Notes under the pieces: generated by a model
Database searches by the model: none
The model's input: only the letters and a program-made list of their open reading frames with translations
Told to the model about the DNA's origin: nothing
Translations under genes and position numbers: made by a program
Origin: Bacteroidia bacterium
GTDB taxonomy: Bacteria > Bacteroidota > Bacteroidia > JABEUT01
NCBI GenBank assembly: GCA_052325425.1
Contig: JBKQUY010000045.1
Location: 26,739-90,738 of the forward strand
DNA length: 64,000 nucleotides
Direction: 5' to 3'
Shown: positions 37,750 to 47,724 of the stretch, piece by piece
How the letters are laid out: the number at the start of each line of letters is the position of its first letter
Position numbering within the stretch: position 1 is the stretch's first letter

Positions 37750-38388
37750 TTAACTCTTAGCTGCAATAATTGCCATCTGCGAAATCTCGTTCCATATTTC
37801 AGAAGCAATGGTCTGCGGGGCGCGGTTGCCATCGAGGATAAACACATTTTCCTTTGACTTGAGGGTCTTAAATGCTTCCATGTATTTGCGGCGCACATGG
37901 TGAAGGTTTTCAACAGTTTCATAAAGTTCTGTGGCGCCACGCTCAGTAGTGAGCCTTTCAATGCTTACTTCCGGCTCAATATCAATATATATATTCAAAT
38001 CGGGGCGGAGCAGGTTGGCGCTTAGCGAATTGGCTTCTATTACCCAGTCCATTGGCATGTGCGTGCCCTGGTAGGCATAAGATGAAAAACAATACCTGTC
38101 AGAGATAACAGTATATCCCTCTTCTAATTTTTTAATAATGCCATTGGTTTTGTTCAGCAGATGGTCTAACCTGTCGGCAACAAAAAGCCCGGCAATGGTG
38201 CGGTGGTCGGCTTCCATTTTATGACTGAAAATATCGCGGATTAATTTGCCTATGGGGCTGTCGGTAGGTTCGCAGGTAACATATACTTTATGCCCTGCGT
38301 TTTTCAGGTTATACGATAAAAGCTTTACCTGGGTGCTTTTCCCGCTGCCATCAATGCCTTCAAAGGCTATAAATAAGGGTTTCTTCAT
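37750..38388 (-). CDS. tmk: thymidylate kinase
   Basis: MKKPLFIAFEGIDGSGKSTQ P-loop at ATG 38388. The 77-aa upstream extension in the ORF track runs through hairpin repeats. Confidence 0.9.
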   Translation of the reverse strand: MKKPLFIAFEGIDGSGKSTQVKLLSYNLKNAGHKVYVTCEPTDSPIGKLIRDIFSHKMEADHRTIAGLFVADRLDHLLNKTNGIIKKLEEGYTVISDRYCFSSYAYQGTHMPMDWVIEANSLSANLLRPDLNIYIDIEPEVSIERLTTERGATELYETVENLHHVRRKYMEAFKTLKSKENVFILDGNRAPQTIASEIWNEISQMAIIAAKS

Positions 38389-38500
38389 GTTAGGTTTACA
38401 AGAATAATAAGATTCAAATATAGGGTTAAAAAGCACTCTTACAAGTTTAGCATAACGTGATAAATAGATGTAAATAAATACAATAATACCATTCAACATG

Positions 38501-38576
38501 GTAGAGACACCACGCATGGTGTCTCTACAGGAACGAACACCCCTCATGGCAGAGACGTGATGCATCACGTCTCTAC
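38501..38576. repeat. two tandem REP-like hairpins
   Basis: GTAGAGACACCA-CGCA-TGGTGTCTCTAC (38501-38528; perfect 12-bp stem) and GCAGAGACGTGATG/CATCACGTCTCTAC (38549-38576; one mismatch). Each is preceded by CATGG. Confidence 0.7.
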
Positions 38577-38670
38577 AAAATCCAATGACAACAAAACCCA
38601 AAATAATTTTGGCCCTCAATCAAAAAATCTGGCATCTGTAATACGTAGTTATAAATCTGCAATTACAACC

Positions 38671-38835
38671 TTATTTATTTTGGAAATCATGAGTGTAAAT
38701 TGTGCAGTTAAAAATTACGAATTACGATGGGGAGGGATGGGGGGGGAAGTAAAAAAATATTGATATTGTATAAATTATTGATAATCAAGATATATGAAAA
38801 AAGCCTTATGCCAAATCATGCCAAACAGTGCCAAC
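38671..38835 (+). repeat. dispersed repeat, copy A (shares blocks with 58852-59133), ending in 3 TGCCAAA heptamers at 10-bp phase
   Basis: Shared blocks: TTATTTATTTTGGAA.TCATGAG, GTTAAAAATTACGAA, G-rich run, AAAAATATTG..ATTGTATAAATTATTGATAATCAA. Heptamers at 38809, 38819 and 38829. Confidence 0.65.
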
Positions 38836-38936
38836 TAATAAAATTTGATAATGAAATGGAAAAAAATCTGTGAATCTGTGGCTAAGAAACTAAGCATATT
38901 TTCCTATTTTCGCACATCTTTTAATATTCCCCATTT

Positions 38937-40889
38937 ATGAAATTGTTTTCAGCAATTACAATATTTTCATTCACGTTAATCAGTACCATAACCCAGGCTC
39001 AAAGCGGTTATGACCCGCACCAGGCTTTCGACCCGACATTTTTAAACGAACCGGGTCAACCATACCGCAGCGCCAGCGGAGCGCCGGGGCCTATGTATTG
39101 GCAAAACCGGGCCGATTATAAAATTTCCGCGACCTTAGACACAACCCAAAAAGAGATAAGCGGAACCGAAGAAATTACCTATACCAACAACAGCCCCGAT
39201 GAACTTAATTACCTTTGGCTGCAACTCGACCAGAACCTTTTTACCCCGTCTTCGAGGGGACATTTTAAAACCCCTATTGGCGGAGGCCGTTTTGGCAATG
39301 TTGAATTTGAAGGCGGCGACAGCATACATTCGGTAACCGTAGTTCAGGGCAAGGAAACAATATCACCCGAATATGTAATTACTGATACCCGTATGCAGAT
39401 AAGGCTCAAAACCCCTGTTAAAGGCAAAGGCGAGAAGATTGTAATAAAAATAACTTACAGTTTTAAAATTCCTGCCGATGGCTCAGACAGGATGGGTATG
39501 ACAGAAACCAAAAACGGGAGAATATATGAAATTGCCCAATGGTACCCGCGTATGTGCGTATATGATGATGTGGAGGGCTGGAACACAGAACCATATTTGG
39601 GGGCTGGTGAGTTTTATCTCGAATACGGAGACTTTGATTATACCGTTACCGTTCCGGCCAATATGATTGTGGCAGGTTCGGGCGAGCTTCAAAACCCGGC
39701 AGAAGTGCTTACCCCAACCGAAACGGAGAGGCTGAGTAAAGCCCGTGCAAGCGATACAAGGACATTTATTATCGGAGCCGATGAAATTGGAAAATCTACT
39801 ACACGCCCCAAAGATAAAGGCATGTTAACCTGGCATTTTAAAATTAATAATTCGCGCGACGTTACCTGGGCATGTTCCAATGCATTTATATGGGATGCCG
39901 CGCGCATTAACCTGCCTGAAGGCAAAAAATCTATAGCCATGTCCTTTTATCCCGTTGAATGTTCCTCTGATTCAGGTTGGGGCAGGGCAACGGAATATGT
40001 AAAAGGTTCGATAGAATTTTACTCGCAGAATTATTATGTGTTTCCCTATCCTGCCGCCTCAAATGTGGCGGGTAATGTTCGCGGAATGGAATATCCCGGC
40101 ATAGTATTTTGTTCGATGAAAATGAAAAAGTCAATGCTATTCTTTGTCATCACCCATGAATTCGGCCATAATTGGTTCCCGATGACGGTTGGGTCAAATG
40201 AGCGTAAATATGCCTGGATGGATGAGGGTTTTAATACATTCATTAATGTTTTTTCGCAAAATAATTTCAATAACGGTGAATATAAACAGAAACAAACTCC
40301 TGACCGGGTTATCAGCTTTATGCATCGCGACAGCAATGTAATTATGACGTATGCAGACGCCATGCCTGTAAGAGATATAAATATGCTGGCCTACTTTAAA
40401 CCTGCTTATGGGTTATACCTGCTTAAGAAGTACATTATAGGCGAAAAGCGCTTTGATTACGCTTTCAGGAATTATATAAACAGGTGGGCGTTTAAACATC
40501 CTACACCGAAAGATTTTTTCCGCAGCATGAATGATGGAATGGGGGAGGACCTGAACTGGTTCTGGAAGGAATGGTTTTACAAAAGCTATACCCTTGACCA
40601 GGCTGTAACAGGTGTAAGTTATACCGCAGGCGATACTACCGGCAGCAGGGGCGTTGAAATTACCGTGAAGAACAACAGGCAAATGGTAATGCCTGTGATT
40701 ATGGAAGTAAAAGAATCGAACGGGCATACAGGCAGGGTGACTTTGCCGGTAGAAATATGGCAAAATACGGGCGAATGGACATTCCACTATAACTCTGCCA
40801 GTAAAATACAATCGGTTACAATTGACCCCGATAATGTTATGCCCGATATGGACAGAAGTAATAATACATGGCCTGTAAAGGCTGATTAA
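38937..40889 (+). CDS. M1-family zinc metallopeptidase
   Basis: Signal peptide. [14 protein letters not shown] (HExxH) and WMDEGFNTF (distal Glu). Confidence 0.85.
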   Translation: MKLFSAITIFSFTLISTITQAQSGYDPHQAFDPTFLNEPGQPYRSASGAPGPMYWQNRADYKISATLDTTQKEISGTEEITYTNNSPDELNYLWLQLDQNLFTPSSRGHFKTPIGGGRFGNVEFEGGDSIHSVTVVQGKETISPEYVITDTRMQIRLKTPVKGKGEKIVIKITYSFKIPADGSDRMGMTETKNGRIYEIAQWYPRMCVYDDVEGWNTEPYLGAGEFYLEYGDFDYTVTVPANMIVAGSGELQNPAEVLTPTETERLSKARASDTRTFIIGADEIGKSTTRPKDKGMLTWHFKINNSRDVTWACSNAFIWDAARINLPEGKKSIAMSFYPVECSSDSGWGRATEYVKGSIEFYSQNYYVFPYPAASNVAGNVRGMEYPGIVFCSMKMKKSMLFFVITHEFGHNWFPMTVGSNERKYAWMDEGFNTFINVFSQNNFNNGEYKQKQTPDRVISFMHRDSNVIMTYADAMPVRDINMLAYFKPAYGLYLLKKYIIGEKRFDYAFRNYINRWAFKHPTPKDFFRSMNDGMGEDLNWFWKEWFYKSYTLDQAVTGVSYTAGDTTGSRGVEITVKNNRQMVMPVIMEVKESNGHTGRVTLPVEIWQNTGEWTFHYNSASKIQSVTIDPDNVMPDMDRSNNTWPVKAD

Positions 40890-40895
40890 AAGCAA

Positions 40896-41492
40896 ATGGC
40901 TGATAACATATTTCCCATATTCGATAAGGTAGTTGACAGGAACAATAAAGAAAAGCTCCTTAAGCAGCATGGTATAGTCCTTTGGATGACGGGCCTTTCG
41001 GGCTCAGGAAAAACTACATTGGCTGTCGGGTTGGAAAAGCATCTGCATAATATTGGCCACATTGCTTATATTCTTGACGGAGATAACGTGAGAACCGGCA
41101 TCAACAGCGACCTTGACTTTTCTGAAAAAGACAGGAAAGAAAATATCCGTCGCATTGCGGAAGTTTCGAAACTGATTGTGAACTGCGGAATAATAACCAT
41201 CAACTGCTTTGTCAGCCCCACTGAAGAGCTGCGCCAAATGGCAAAAAAAATCATCGGTGCAAAAGATTTTTACCAGGTATATATAAATACTCCTCTTGAA
41301 ATTTGTGAGAAGAGAGATACCAAAGGGCTTTATGCAAAAGCGCGCAAAGGAGAGATAAAAGACTTTACAGGTATTTCAGCCCCGTTTGAAAAGCCCGCAG
41401 AGTGCGACCTTGAAATAGATACCGGTAAACGCAGTTACGAGCAATGCCTGGAACAGCTTATTGATTTTGTATTGCCTAAGGTGAAAATTTAA
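40896..41492 (+). CDS. cysC: adenylyl-sulfate (APS) kinase
   Basis: VLWMTGLSGSGKTTLA P-loop, LDGDNVR, FVSP. 198 aa. Confidence 0.9.
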   Translation: MADNIFPIFDKVVDRNNKEKLLKQHGIVLWMTGLSGSGKTTLAVGLEKHLHNIGHIAYILDGDNVRTGINSDLDFSEKDRKENIRRIAEVSKLIVNCGIITINCFVSPTEELRQMAKKIIGAKDFYQVYINTPLEICEKRDTKGLYAKARKGEIKDFTGISAPFEKPAECDLEIDTGKRSYEQCLEQLIDFVLPKVKI

Positions 41493-41703
41493 TAAGAAAG
41501 TAAATGGCTTTGAAAATTGAGAAGGGAGTAACTAGATAGGTGCTTTATTAAATTTTTCATTATATTTGAATATTATTACAAATACTTCTCTTAAAAAGAG
41601 TTTACACTTGACTAAAAATTCTTATCTAATTTGGAATGTTGTTTTTTTAACATTTTTTCACAGTGTAAAAATTGATAGTTGTATAATTTAGCAAAAAATA
41701 CTT

Positions 41704-42459
41704 ATGAAGCTTCCCACAAAAATAGATGACAATTTGCGAGATGCAATAGTTACTATTATGTTTAATGCTTTAGTACCTGAAACTGCTATAACTGGTTACT
41801 TTCACAAAGTTATGCTTGAGCAGGGGAAATTTGAAACAATATTTGCCCAACCCTCCATAATAAACCCTTTTCAAGGGATTCAACTTCAACCATTTGCGAC
41901 AGGAATACAAACACAACAGCAAATAAAGATAAGTGGGCAACCTGTATATACAAATAGAATGGTAAAGACTTCAGTTACTAATATGTCAATTAATTTTAAT
42001 ATTGTAGAATCTTATATAGGTTGGCCCAAATATTTTACTTTTATAAAAGATGTCCTTACTTCTTTAAATGCTACAAATGCAATTGAAAATTATACGCGTG
42101 TAAGTGTGAGATACATTTCTGAGTATAGGAATGTATCAATATTTGATAATTTAAAAGGAGAGTTTACTATATTGAACCCAGAAAAGAAAAGGCAGAATAT
42201 TCAAATTAAAACACAAATAGAAGATGGTAATTTTAGAATTATTACATCGATTGCGGATAACTTTGTAAGGCCTTCTATGGAAACTCAGACTGTCGAAACT
42301 TTTTCATTAATCGAAGTAGATTCTCAATATCTGGGGCCTCAAACAAATAATATTGATCAGTTATTTTCTATAATTGACCAAACACATACTAAGGAAAAAG
42401 AAACTTTCTTTAGTATTGTAACAGATAAATTTATTGAGCAACTTAACCCAAAATATTAA
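41704..42459 (+). CDS. hypothetical protein, possibly TIGR04255-family
   Basis: 251-aa AT-rich ORF. The N-terminal ..LRDAIVTIMF.. and central RVSVRYISEY resemble my recollection of that family, but this is unverified. Confidence 0.5.
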   Translation: MKLPTKIDDNLRDAIVTIMFNALVPETAITGYFHKVMLEQGKFETIFAQPSIINPFQGIQLQPFATGIQTQQQIKISGQPVYTNRMVKTSVTNMSINFNIVESYIGWPKYFTFIKDVLTSLNATNAIENYTRVSVRYISEYRNVSIFDNLKGEFTILNPEKKRQNIQIKTQIEDGNFRIITSIADNFVRPSMETQTVETFSLIEVDSQYLGPQTNNIDQLFSIIDQTHTKEKETFFSIVTDKFIEQLNPKY

Positions 42460-42460
42460 T

Positions 42461-43066
42461 ATGCTGCCAGTTTTTTTCAATAATCAAAGTATTAATAATA
42501 GTATTTCGAATGCTATTTATAGATATTTCGCTTTGGAAAATAAATATAAGGAAGAGGCCTTGTATAATTCGAAAGGCGCAATGGCAATTATTAATCAAGC
42601 ATGTTTTAATGAAGAATTAAAATTTGAAGCATTTACTAATGTATTTCATCCTGAATTTACTGATATGTGGGAGAAACATAGAAGTGCATTTACTGGCATA
42701 TATAGCTTTGCTGTACATGAAGTTTTTGTTAATTCTATTGATTTTTTGCAACGACTCACGGCTAATATAACTGCTACTCTTACAGATGATGCAAGCATTC
42801 ATATTACAGCTAGATTTGCAGATTTTAAAGTGTTTGTAGAAGTTTTCTTCGAAAAGAATAATTTAAACCCAATTGAAGTAATTCTTAATGTATTCCAAGA
42901 TAAAGAATGTGTTCTTGCACATAGTGGATCTTTGCAAAGTGTATTCGAAAAAATTAAAAAATATATTTACCAAAGGTATTATCAAGATTCTACAAATTAT
43001 TGGAGTAATGGGTTATCCGAGCAAATTGCTGCCGAAAGCGCATTTCAAAATTATTCAGTGGCATGA
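42461..43066 (+). CDS. hypothetical protein
   Basis: ATG lies 1 nt after the stop of the previous gene, suggesting coupling. ~201 aa with no recognisable motif. Confidence 0.5.
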   Translation: MLPVFFNNQSINNSISNAIYRYFALENKYKEEALYNSKGAMAIINQACFNEELKFEAFTNVFHPEFTDMWEKHRSAFTGIYSFAVHEVFVNSIDFLQRLTANITATLTDDASIHITARFADFKVFVEVFFEKNNLNPIEVILNVFQDKECVLAHSGSLQSVFEKIKKYIYQRYYQDSTNYWSNGLSEQIAAESAFQNYSVA

Positions 43067-43104
43067 TGATTTGCTAAAGTGCATACTCATTAGGTCGGTA
43101 AAAG

Positions 43105-43395
43105 ATGCGGATTTTTATGATTACGACAACGATGAGTAAAAAGATAGAATATTCTTTTGATAATAAATCTGGATTTAAGGGTACTTGTATAGTTATACAT
43201 ACCCCAACAAAATCAAATTTTTGGCACTTTTCTCTTCGCTGGCAAAATAATAATGGCGAAGATGTTAGTTCGGTAAATACGCATAAAAGAGCTGTATTAT
43301 CTGCGGCTAAAAATTTCATAAAAATTTGCGGTAAACCTAATTTTCAAGCATTTTCTATTTTACCGGAATATCACTATACAATCTCAGATAAATAA
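43105..43395 (+). CDS. small hypothetical protein
   Basis: 88-96 aa depending on start (ATG at 43105, 43117 or 43132). Same strand and composition as the two preceding genes. Confidence 0.4.
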   Translation: MRIFMITTTMSKKIEYSFDNKSGFKGTCIVIHTPTKSNFWHFSLRWQNNNGEDVSSVNTHKRAVLSAAKNFIKICGKPNFQAFSILPEYHYTISDK

Positions 43396-43438
43396 AGTCT
43401 TACAATAGCGTATTGACTTGATATTGCCTGAAGTGAAA

Positions 43439-44881
43439 TTATAGTTTAATGCAAACGTTCTTGGGCTCGGTAAAAAAGCGCAACGCTTCCCAGCCGCCTT
43501 CACGCCCAACACCTGAGTTTTTAGTACCGCCAAAAGGCGTGCGCAGGTCGCGCAGCAGCCAGCAATTAATCCATACAATGCCCGAACGCAGCTTTGCGGC
43601 CAATGTATGGGCGCGTGTAAGGTTTTCTGTCCACAGCATGGAAGTCAGCCCATATTCGGTGGCATTGGCATATAACAGGGCTTCTTCTTCGGTTTCAAAA
43701 GGCATGATGGTTACAACCGGGCCGAATATTTCTTCCATATTGGTTCTGCAATTATATGGCAGGCCTTCAATAACGGTAGGCTCAATATACCAGCCTTCTT
43801 TTTGTTCTCCCTGTAAAGTTAAGGCGTGCCCTCCGCACAGAATTTTCCCGCCTTCTTTTTTGGCAAGTTCTATATATGACAATATTTTATCATAATGCTG
43901 TTTCGAGACAATAGCGCCCAACCTGCTGTCATCATTCATAGGCGGACCTACCTTCATATTCTTTACATTTTCTGTAAATTCTTTTTTGAACCTGTCGTAA
44001 ACTTTTTTCTCCACTAAAATGCGCGAACCGCAAAGGCAAATCTCGCCCTGGTTGGTAAAGGAAGATTCAATGGTTTTTTTCATCATTTTATTCCAGTCGC
44101 AATCGGCAAATACCAATACCGGGTTTTTCCCGCCCAGTTCCAACGATAACTTTTTAAACATGGGCGCTGCAACTCTCGCTATTTCGGCGCCGGTTTTAGT
44201 GCCGCCTGTAAATGATATAGCCTTTATGCCCGGGTGCGATACTATGGCGCTGCCTACTTTCGGCCCAAGCCCATGAACAATATTGAAAACGCCTTCAGGG
44301 AAGCCTATTTCAGCACATAGCTGCGAAAGCATATAGGCTGTCATAGGCGTAATTTCAGATGGTTTTGAAACTACGCAATTTCCGGCAGCGAGCGCAGGCG
44401 CAATTTTCCATGTAAACAAGTATAATGGCAAATTCCAGGGCGATATGCAACCTGCAATGCCAACAGGGTCACGCAACGTATAGTTAACAGCATGGCCATC
44501 CATATTATGAGCCTCTGATGCAAAGTGCAATGAAGCGGTAGCGAAAAAGCGAAGATTGCTCACAGCCCTTGGTATATCAACCGAGCGTGAAAGCCACAAA
44601 GGTTTTCCATTATCAATAGTCTCCGCTTTGGCGAAATCTTCCAGGCGCTTTTCTAACCAATCTGCAACCTTTAGCATCCAATCAGAACGCTCTTCTTTTC
44701 TCATGGACGACCATTGCGGGAAGGCTTTATTGGCAGCCTCAAAAGCAAGCTGCACATCTTCCTCATCCGAATCGGGAATGTGGGAATATACTTTTCCGGT
44801 AGAAGGGTTATAGTTGTCGAGATATTTACCTTTAACAGGCGGCACAAGTTTGCCGTCAATATAGTTGAGTATTTTTTCCAT
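43439..44881 (-). CDS. NAD(P)-dependent aldehyde dehydrogenase family protein
   Basis: FTGGTKTGAEI, ELGGKNP and catalytic EICLCGSR motifs. 480 aa. Confidence 0.9.
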   Translation of the reverse strand: MEKILNYIDGKLVPPVKGKYLDNYNPSTGKVYSHIPDSDEEDVQLAFEAANKAFPQWSSMRKEERSDWMLKVADWLEKRLEDFAKAETIDNGKPLWLSRSVDIPRAVSNLRFFATASLHFASEAHNMDGHAVNYTLRDPVGIAGCISPWNLPLYLFTWKIAPALAAGNCVVSKPSEITPMTAYMLSQLCAEIGFPEGVFNIVHGLGPKVGSAIVSHPGIKAISFTGGTKTGAEIARVAAPMFKKLSLELGGKNPVLVFADCDWNKMMKKTIESSFTNQGEICLCGSRILVEKKVYDRFKKEFTENVKNMKVGPPMNDDSRLGAIVSKQHYDKILSYIELAKKEGGKILCGGHALTLQGEQKEGWYIEPTVIEGLPYNCRTNMEEIFGPVVTIMPFETEEEALLYANATEYGLTSMLWTENLTRAHTLAAKLRSGIVWINCWLLRDLRTPFGGTKNSGVGREGGWEALRFFTEPKNVCIKL

Positions 44882-44907
44882 ATTGTTATTTCAAAACTAA
44901 AATAAGC

Positions 44908-45843
44908 TTAAAAGTGATACTCTTTATTATCTTTTGAAAACTCATAAGGTGAAAAAGCCAGATTCACTTTCAGATGGTTAAAAATATATTGTTCAAACAA
45001 ACCTCTATCATCATCAACTTTTAGTAATAATGGCAGCATAGTGGCTTTGTCAATATATAAGGTCATTTCTTTGCCATAATTGGTAGGGACCATTATGGTT
45101 TGCCCATTGCTGATATCATTAAACGAACTAAGCCCGTTATGCTGCATAATCATATATTCACTGAGGTTCAGTTTGCGTGCAATAGATAATACTGTTTCCC
45201 CTTTTGAAACCTTGTATGGAAGATATTTATATGCCGGGTCAAGAACAACTAATTTATAGCAATGCGCGCCATTATATAAAATTTCGCCCAGGTATAAAAA
45301 GCGTGAATCGAAACTTTTGCCTGCATTATCGGCAGCCTGTTTAAGTATATCGCCAAAATAACTATACCCTGCGTTTTCCACGCCGTGGTGTTGGTTTTTA
45401 CGCATAATCATTCCATCGGGGTCGAGTTCTACAGTCAGATATGGAAAATAATTTGGGTGAACCCAGGCATTTCCGTTAGAAGCATTTTCGGCCCATATTA
45501 TCTCTGTCCCGTCCGACAATTTCATATAAAGTTTATGCGGGTTACATTGAATTTTTACCATTGAGCTATCTGTATGTACATTGCCTTCTTCCAGGCGTTC
45601 GCTGTAAACCACCCAATAGCTAAGTGTTTTAACGTTACTAATACTGGAAAGAAGGCCGTTAATAATACTGTGTGAATCGGCAACTGAATTAACGCTCCCC
45701 TTGGGTATGGCAGCAATGCCAATAAAAGTAAACAAAAGGAGACTTAAAAAAGGAATAATGCCATTCCGTGATTTAAATTTCCCGGCAAGATATTCCCACC
45801 TGTCTTTCCGACTATTTATCCGCGATTCAATAAGAGGAGACAT
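44908..45843 (-). CDS. LysM-domain protein (DUF1571-like N-region)
   Basis: LysM segment GETVLSIARKLNLSEYMIMQHNGLSSFNDISNGQTIMVP. N-terminal TM. Confidence 0.6.
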   Translation of the reverse strand: MSPLIESRINSRKDRWEYLAGKFKSRNGIIPFLSLLLFTFIGIAAIPKGSVNSVADSHSIINGLLSSISNVKTLSYWVVYSERLEEGNVHTDSSMVKIQCNPHKLYMKLSDGTEIIWAENASNGNAWVHPNYFPYLTVELDPDGMIMRKNQHHGVENAGYSYFGDILKQAADNAGKSFDSRFLYLGEILYNGAHCYKLVVLDPAYKYLPYKVSKGETVLSIARKLNLSEYMIMQHNGLSSFNDISNGQTIMVPTNYGKEMTLYIDKATMLPLLLKVDDDRGLFEQYIFNHLKVNLAFSPYEFSKDNKEYHF

Positions 45844-45936
45844 GAGGGAAATATTTTGATGCTTAAATTTAACTTATATGGAGGTGTTTATAATGAGGCG
45901 TATAATTAACAAAATTACTCTTCTTTTTGAATTGCA

Positions 45937-47115
45937 TTACGTGAAAGCAGGAATTCCTGTAATATCCTGCCCGGTAATAAGCAGGTGGATATCGTGCGTG
46001 CCTTCATAGGTTATCACTGATTCGAGGTTCATCATGTGGCGCATAATCGGGTATTCGCCTGTAATGCCCATTCCTCCGAATATTTGCCTTGCTTCGCGGG
46101 CAATTTGCAATGCCATGTTTACATTGTTTCGCTTTGCCATTGATATCTGAGCCGGAGTTGCCCGTTTTTCATTCATCAATGTTCCAAGCCTCCAGCAAAG
46201 CAATTGCGCTTTGGTTATTTCAGTAATCATTTCGGCCAGTTTCTTTTGCGTAAGCTGGAAACCCCCGATAGGCCTGCCAAACTGGATACGTTCTTTTGAG
46301 TAGCGTAATGCTGAATCATAGCAATCCATTGCAGCGCCAACAACACCCCATGATATGCCGAACCTGGCCATGTTAAGGCAGGATAATGGCCCTTTCAGCC
46401 CCTGAACATTTGGTAAAATATTTTCTTTTGGCACTTTCACATTATCAAATACAAGTTCTCCTGTAGCGCTTGCACGCAGCGACCATTTGTTATGCGTTTC
46501 AGGCGCTGAAAATCCTTTCATGCCTTTTTCCACAATAAGCCCGTGTATTATTCCCTTTTCATCTTTTGCCCATACCACAGCAAGGTCAGCAATAGGTGAA
46601 TTGGATATCCACATTTTAGCTCCATTCAATAAATAATGGTTCCCCTTCTCTTCGAAGTGGGTAACCATGCCCGAAGGGTTAGAGCCATGGTCAGGCTCAG
46701 TAAGGCCAAAACAACCTATTTTATCGCCTGCTGCGAGGGCGGGAAGGAATTTCATTTTCTGTTCTTCGGTGCCAAAAGCATATATAGGATACATTACCAG
46801 TGAACCTTGAACTGAAGCTGTAGAACGTATGCCTGAATCGCCTCTTTCAATTTCCTGCATAATAAGGCCGTAAGAAATATAATCGAGCCCGGCGCCTCCG
46901 TATTTTTGCGGAATGGTTGGGCCAAATGCGCCAATATTGGCAAGCCCTTTTACAAGCTGCGCGGGGAATTTCGCCTTTTGGCAGGCTTCTTCAATAATCG
47001 GCGATAATTCTTTTTTAACAAATGCCCTTGCCGAATCACGTATCAGGCGATGTTCTTCGGTAAATAATTCGTCAACCAAAAAATAATCGGGAGCCTGGAA
47101 ATTGTCTGTTGCCAT
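45937..47115 (-). CDS. acyl-CoA dehydrogenase (glutaryl-CoA dehydrogenase-like)
   Basis: 392 aa. FGLTEPDHGSNPSGM, WISNSP, and C-terminal GEYPIMRHMMNLE..TYEGT. Confidence 0.85.
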   Translation of the reverse strand: MATDNFQAPDYFLVDELFTEEHRLIRDSARAFVKKELSPIIEEACQKAKFPAQLVKGLANIGAFGPTIPQKYGGAGLDYISYGLIMQEIERGDSGIRSTASVQGSLVMYPIYAFGTEEQKMKFLPALAAGDKIGCFGLTEPDHGSNPSGMVTHFEEKGNHYLLNGAKMWISNSPIADLAVVWAKDEKGIIHGLIVEKGMKGFSAPETHNKWSLRASATGELVFDNVKVPKENILPNVQGLKGPLSCLNMARFGISWGVVGAAMDCYDSALRYSKERIQFGRPIGGFQLTQKKLAEMITEITKAQLLCWRLGTLMNEKRATPAQISMAKRNNVNMALQIAREARQIFGGMGITGEYPIMRHMMNLESVITYEGTHDIHLLITGQDITGIPAFT

Positions 47116-47217
47116 ATAATAAATATATCAGATAGGGAACAAATTTAGCATTTGTCCCAACACAAATACAGAATGATATTTTAAGTTGAGTGGTGAGGCG
47201 ATTATTCTGCCTAGTTA

Positions 47218-47724
47218 TCAGTTGCTCGCATCTCTCCTCTTCACGTCGTGACCAGGAGTAACGTTTTTGAAACCAATTATTATCACCATGCAACCATCGT
47301 CAGATTTGCTGGAGCCTTTGGCGGGGATGTCGTAATCAATATAATATGTACCGGGTTTAACCAATTCCTGTTCCCAAAACATGTTGTCGATACCTGCATT
47401 GTTGTCGTAAAGTTTTTTCCTGTTCCTTACGCGCTGGCTTTTGTCATAAATATTAACTTTTACATTTTCATCAAATAAGGAAGTACCAAAAACCAGCTTA
47501 TATGTCATACCTGAATAGGCAGAAAATATTACTTCAATTGTTTGAGGCTTATCAGTAAACTGAACAACGTTATACGCGTAACTGTCATATTTATAATCCC
47601 CTAAATTGTCTTTGTATTTGCGGGCAATTTTATGGGGGTTACATTGTGAGAACAAATCGCTTTCCTCAAGGAAAGGAAGGCAAAGAAGAAGGCATACCAG
47701 GAATAGCTTTTTATACATAGGCAT
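47218..47724 (-). CDS. small secreted hypothetical protein (paralog of 47724..48209)
   Basis: Signal peptide and conserved C-terminal ..DDGCMVIIIGFK. The ATG overlaps the upstream TAA by 1 nt. Confidence 0.6.
   Translation of the reverse strand: MPMYKKLFLVCLLLCLPFLEESDLFSQCNPHKIARKYKDNLGDYKYDSYAYNVVQFTDKPQTIEVIFSAYSGMTYKLVFGTSLFDENVKVNIYDKSQRVRNRKKLYDNNAGIDNMFWEQELVKPGTYYIDYDIPAKGSSKSDDGCMVIIIGFKNVTPGHDVKRRDASN

Noticed and set aside
38389-38619. 77-aa N-terminal extension of the tmk ORF
   Set aside because: The extension is translated through two REP-like hairpins and AT-rich intergenic DNA. The canonical MKKPLFIAFEGIDGSGKST N-terminus starts at ATG 38388.
40413-40970. 185-aa minus-strand ORF overlapping the end of the M1 peptidase and the start of cysC, plus other antisense ORFs within 39135-40363
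   Set aside because: They are antisense to two genes with unambiguous catalytic motifs and have no features of their own.
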